A stretch of DNA of 39,946 bases from a virus (Duplodnaviria; Caudoviricetes). Shown here one piece after another: positions 37,467 through 39,946 of the stretch; within the stretch, counting starts at the first letter, position 1; every line of letters starts with the position of its first letter. Where the stretch lies: the IMG/VR virus record IMGVR_UViG_3300032216_001993, positions 1-39,946 of that record; one strand, written 5' to 3'. The notes below the pieces were generated by a model. The model searched no databases, had not been told where the DNA came from, and saw only the letters and a program-made list of their open reading frames with translations. A program made the position numbers and the translations under genes.

Positions 37467-39946
37467 ATGAGTTTTCAATATAAAAACCCAACATCAGGTA
37501 CATTATTAACCGCACCCGTATCGGTTTTAAGAGATTCAGACACAGGAACTAACTTCAGTGTTGATACTATTGGTGGATACATGGAAGTTTGGAGTCTTTC
37601 AAATCTTTTATGGGAAATTGACCCACAAACTAAAATTGATGGAGGTCCAGTATTGTACTCAGGCAATGTTATTCCAATTTCATTTACTTATGGTGGTGAC
37701 GGACCCGCACCTATAATCAGTCAACTCAATCTAAATAACGATGGTATTTCTTCAGGTAGAAGAAGACTAGGTATGTTGGTTTATGTACAAGAAACTCAAT
37801 TAACTTATCAATATGTTATACCTAATTACGAGTCATTATGGAATGTGGCCCTAAGTGATGGGGACATTTATGAATATGATTCTGGTTATCAGGTATTAAA
37901 TACAACTGCAGGTGGGCAGGTATTTCAAAACGCTTGGACTGGCTCAACTATTGAAGGTGTTAGTGGTGTTACTAAAGAAAATGCAAGATGGAGAGTTGCA
38001 AATTTAAATGATACCATTATTACTGGAGGTACATATTTTTCTGCAATAACAACATTAGACTTATATGATAATGATGGTGGTACCATAACAATTACAGGAT
38101 TTACAGGAACAGTTACAGGAGGAACATATAATAGTGGTACGGCAACTTTAACTCTTAATAATAGTGATGGAAGTAATGTTTCAATAACTGGTATTACTTC
38201 GGGTTCAGGTTCAGCTTTACAAGTAAGTGATGGAACTACAACAGTTAGCCCTGTTTCAGGGATTACATTCAGTGGTGCATCAATTATAGATAATGGTAAT
38301 GGAAATATAACGGTAAATATAACATCAGGTACTTCTGGTACTGATGGAACTTCTGGTACTTCTGGTACTGATGGAACTTCAGGAACTAGCGGCTCTAGTG
38401 GAACAGACGGTACTTCAGGAACTAGCGGTACAGACGGAACTAGTGGTACTTCAGGAACAGATGGTACATCAGGGTCAAGTGGCACAGATGGAACTTCTGG
38501 AACTGACGGTACTTCAGGAAGTAATGGTAATGACGGAACAAGTGGTACAGATGGTACATCAGGCTCAAGTGGAACAGATGGTACAAGTGGTACAGACGGA
38601 ACTAGCGGAAGTTCAGGTACAGATGGTACAAGCGGGACAGACGGTATTTCAGGTACCTCAGGTACTTCTGGTTTAAGTGGTGTTAATGGTACAAACGGCT
38701 CAAGTGGAACAGACGGCACAAGTGGTACTGATGGAAATTCTGGAACAAGTGGTACAGACGGGACTAGTGGAACTGACGGAAGTTCAGGAAGTAGTGGAAC
38801 AGATGGTAGTAGTGGAACAGATGGTAGTAGTGGAACAGATGGAACATCAGGTTCAAGTGGAACAGATGGTAGTAGTGGAACAGATGGAACATCAGGTTCA
38901 AGTGGAACAGATGGAACATCAGGCTCAAGTGGTACTGATGGAACATCAGGTACAGATGGAACATCAGGTACAGATGGTAGTTCAGGAACATCAGGTTTAA
39001 GTGGTGTTAATGGTACGAATGGTTCGAGTGGTACAGACGGTACTTCAGGAACAGACGGAACAAGTGGTACTGATGGTACTAGTGGTTCTTCAGGAACAGA
39101 TGGTACTAGTGGTTCTTCAGGAACAGATGGTACTAGTGGTTCTTCAGGAACAGATGGTACTTCAGGAAGTAGTGGAACAGATGGAACATCTGGTTCAAGT
39201 GGAACGGATGGCACAAGTGGAACAGATGGGACATCAGGGTCGAGCGGTACAGATGGTACCTCAGGTTCAAGTGGAACGGATGGTACCAGTGGTACTGATG
39301 GAACTTCAGGTTCTAGCGGATTAAGTGGTATTGATGGTACTGACGGAACTAGCGGTACAGACGGAACTAGTGGTACTTCAGGAACAGATGGAACTAGTGG
39401 TACAGATGGTACTTCAGGTTCAAGTGGAACCGACGGTACTTCAGGCTCAAGCGGTACAGATGGCACTTCTGGCACAGATGGAACTTCTGGTTCAAGCGGT
39501 ACAGATGGTACTTCAGGTTCTTCAGGAACAGATGGAACTAGTGGAACTGACGGTACTTCGGGTAGTAGTGGAACTGACGGTACTTCAGGAAGTAGTGGAA
39601 CAGATGGAACTTCTGGTACAGACGGTACTTCAGGAAGTAGTGGAACAGATGGAACTTCTGGTTCAAGCGGTACAGATGGTACTTCAGGTTCTTCAGGAAC
39701 AGATGGAACTTCTGGTACAGACGGTACTTCAGGAAGTAGTGGTACAGACGGTACTTCAGGAAGTAGTGGAACAGATGGAACTTCTGGTTCAAGCGGTACA
39801 GATGGAACAAGTGGTACGGATGGTACTTCAGGAAGTAGTGGAACAGACGGTACATCAGGAAGTAGTGGTACGGATGGTACTTCAGGAACGGATGGAACAA
39901 GCGGCTCTTCAGGAACAGATGGAACTTCAGGTTCAAGTGGTACAGA
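37467..39946 (+). CDS. Collagen-like (Gly-X-Y) tail fibre/appendage protein, 3'-truncated; absent from the ORF track
   Basis: ATG at 37467 after an A-rich leader. MSFQYKNPTSGTLL...GRRRLGMLVYVQE...ITGGTY...VTGGTY (287 aa), then GTS/GTD/GSS triplets with no stop before the window end (>826 aa). Confidence 0.9.
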   Translation, partial: MSFQYKNPTSGTLLTAPVSVLRDSDTGTNFSVDTIGGYMEVWSLSNLLWEIDPQTKIDGGPVLYSGNVIPISFTYGGDGPAPIISQLNLNNDGISSGRRRLGMLVYVQETQLTYQYVIPNYESLWNVALSDGDIYEYDSGYQVLNTTAGGQVFQNAWTGSTIEGVSGVTKENARWRVANLNDTIITGGTYFSAITTLDLYDNDGGTITITGFTGTVTGGTYNSGTATLTLNNSDGSNVSITGITSGSGSALQVSDGTTTVSPVSGITFSGASIIDNGNGNITVNITSGTSGTDGTSGTSGTDGTSGTSGSSGTDGTSGTSGTDGTSGTSGTDGTSGSSGTDGTSGTDGTSGSNGNDGTSGTDGTSGSSGTDGTSGTDGTSGSSGTDGTSGTDGISGTSGTSGLSGVNGTNGSSGTDGTSGTDGNSGTSGTDGTSGTDGSSGSSGTDGSSGTDGSSGTDGTSGSSGTDGSSGTDGTSGSSGTDGTSGSSGTDGTSGTDGTSGTDGSSGTSGLSGVNGTNGSSGTDGTSGTDGTSGTDGTSGSSGTDGTSGSSGTDGTSGSSGTDGTSGSSGTDGTSGSSGTDGTSGTDGTSGSSGTDGTSGSSGTDGTSGTDGTSGSSGLSGIDGTDGTSGTDGTSGTSGTDGTSGTDGTSGSSGTDGTSGSSGTDGTSGTDGTSGSSGTDGTSGSSGTDGTSGTDGTSGSSGTDGTSGSSGTDGTSGTDGTSGSSGTDGTSGSSGTDGTSGSSGTDGTSGTDGTSGSSGTDGTSGSSGTDGTSGSSGTDGTSGTDGTSGSSGTDGTSGSSGTDGTSGTDGTSGSSGTDGTSGSSGT
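38328..39946 (+). repeat. 9-nt-period repeat encoding ~180 Gly-X-Y triplets
   Basis: GGN codons are in the same mod-9 register at 38328, 38670, 38994, 39318, 39921 and 39939. Exact 27-nt tandem GATGGTACTAGTGGTTCTTCAGGAACA x3.3 at 39072-39161. Confidence 0.95.

Noticed and set aside
1389-37666. Numerous 60-125 aa ORFs antisense or out of frame within long genes
   Set aside because: They lie within or almost wholly overlap well-supported genes, show no recognisable motifs and are expected by chance.
37925-39475. 516-aa minus-strand Pro-X-X ORF
   Set aside because: It is the antisense shadow of the Gly-X-Y codons. The + strand frame has a real N-terminal domain, a leader and operon context.
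38344-39936. Shifted-frame ORFs (38344, 38677, 39001, 38764, 39538) in the repeat
   Set aside because: By-products of 9-nt periodicity. The stops of the + strand ones fall in the TTAAGT of the GLS markers.
38328-39946. Possible CRISPR array or satellite
   Set aside because: No constant repeat with unique spacers. Variation is largely at third codon positions, indicating protein coding.
1-39946. Alternative genetic code (stop-codon reassignment), as in some Bacteroidota phages
   Set aside because: Genes are full length and tightly packed under the standard code. TAG ends several genes (2237, 10426, 12448, 29568, 36003) and TGA ends one.
33530-39946. Diversity-generating retroelement targeting fibre genes
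   Set aside because: No reverse transcriptase and no template/variable repeat pair differing at adenines in this window. The fibre C-terminus lies outside it.

Overview
This AT-rich window (roughly one third G+C by eye) is densely coding and entirely + strand. It comes from a large T4-like myovirus with a contractile tail, and the host is very probably in Bacteroidota. Host evidence: a TTTG-N19-TAnnTTTG promoter, A-rich leaders without Shine-Dalgarno sites, a eukaryote/Bacteroidota-type class Ia RNR, and SprB repeats. Layout: (1) 1-10426, tail/baseplate-hub genes (tube-initiator-like, LysM/gp53-like, a 2419-aa gp27/VgrG-like hub) plus two small ORFs. (2) 10448-18799, a replication/nucleotide cassette bounded by terminators (gp32-like SSB, UvsX/RecA, 5'-3' exonuclease, unknown ORF, gp41/DnaB helicase, nrdB, nrdA). 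(3) 18840 to the end, baseplate wedge genes (gp25, gp6, gp7/gpI-like) and an unusual appendage cluster. That cluster holds a 1580-aa protein with a 42-aa hydrophobic segment next to Cys motifs, a PKD protein, an SprB-repeat protein, a Thr/Pro mucin-like protein and a proline-free Gly-X-Y protein. The SprB-repeat protein shares a ~140-aa C-terminal domain with the wedge protein. The Gly-X-Y gene starts at 37467, is missing from the ORF track, runs off the window and has an exact 108-aa super-period. The most novel-looking element is this baseplate-docked adhesin/fibre apparatus built from host-surface-like modules. All calls are from motif recognition by eye; no database searches were run.
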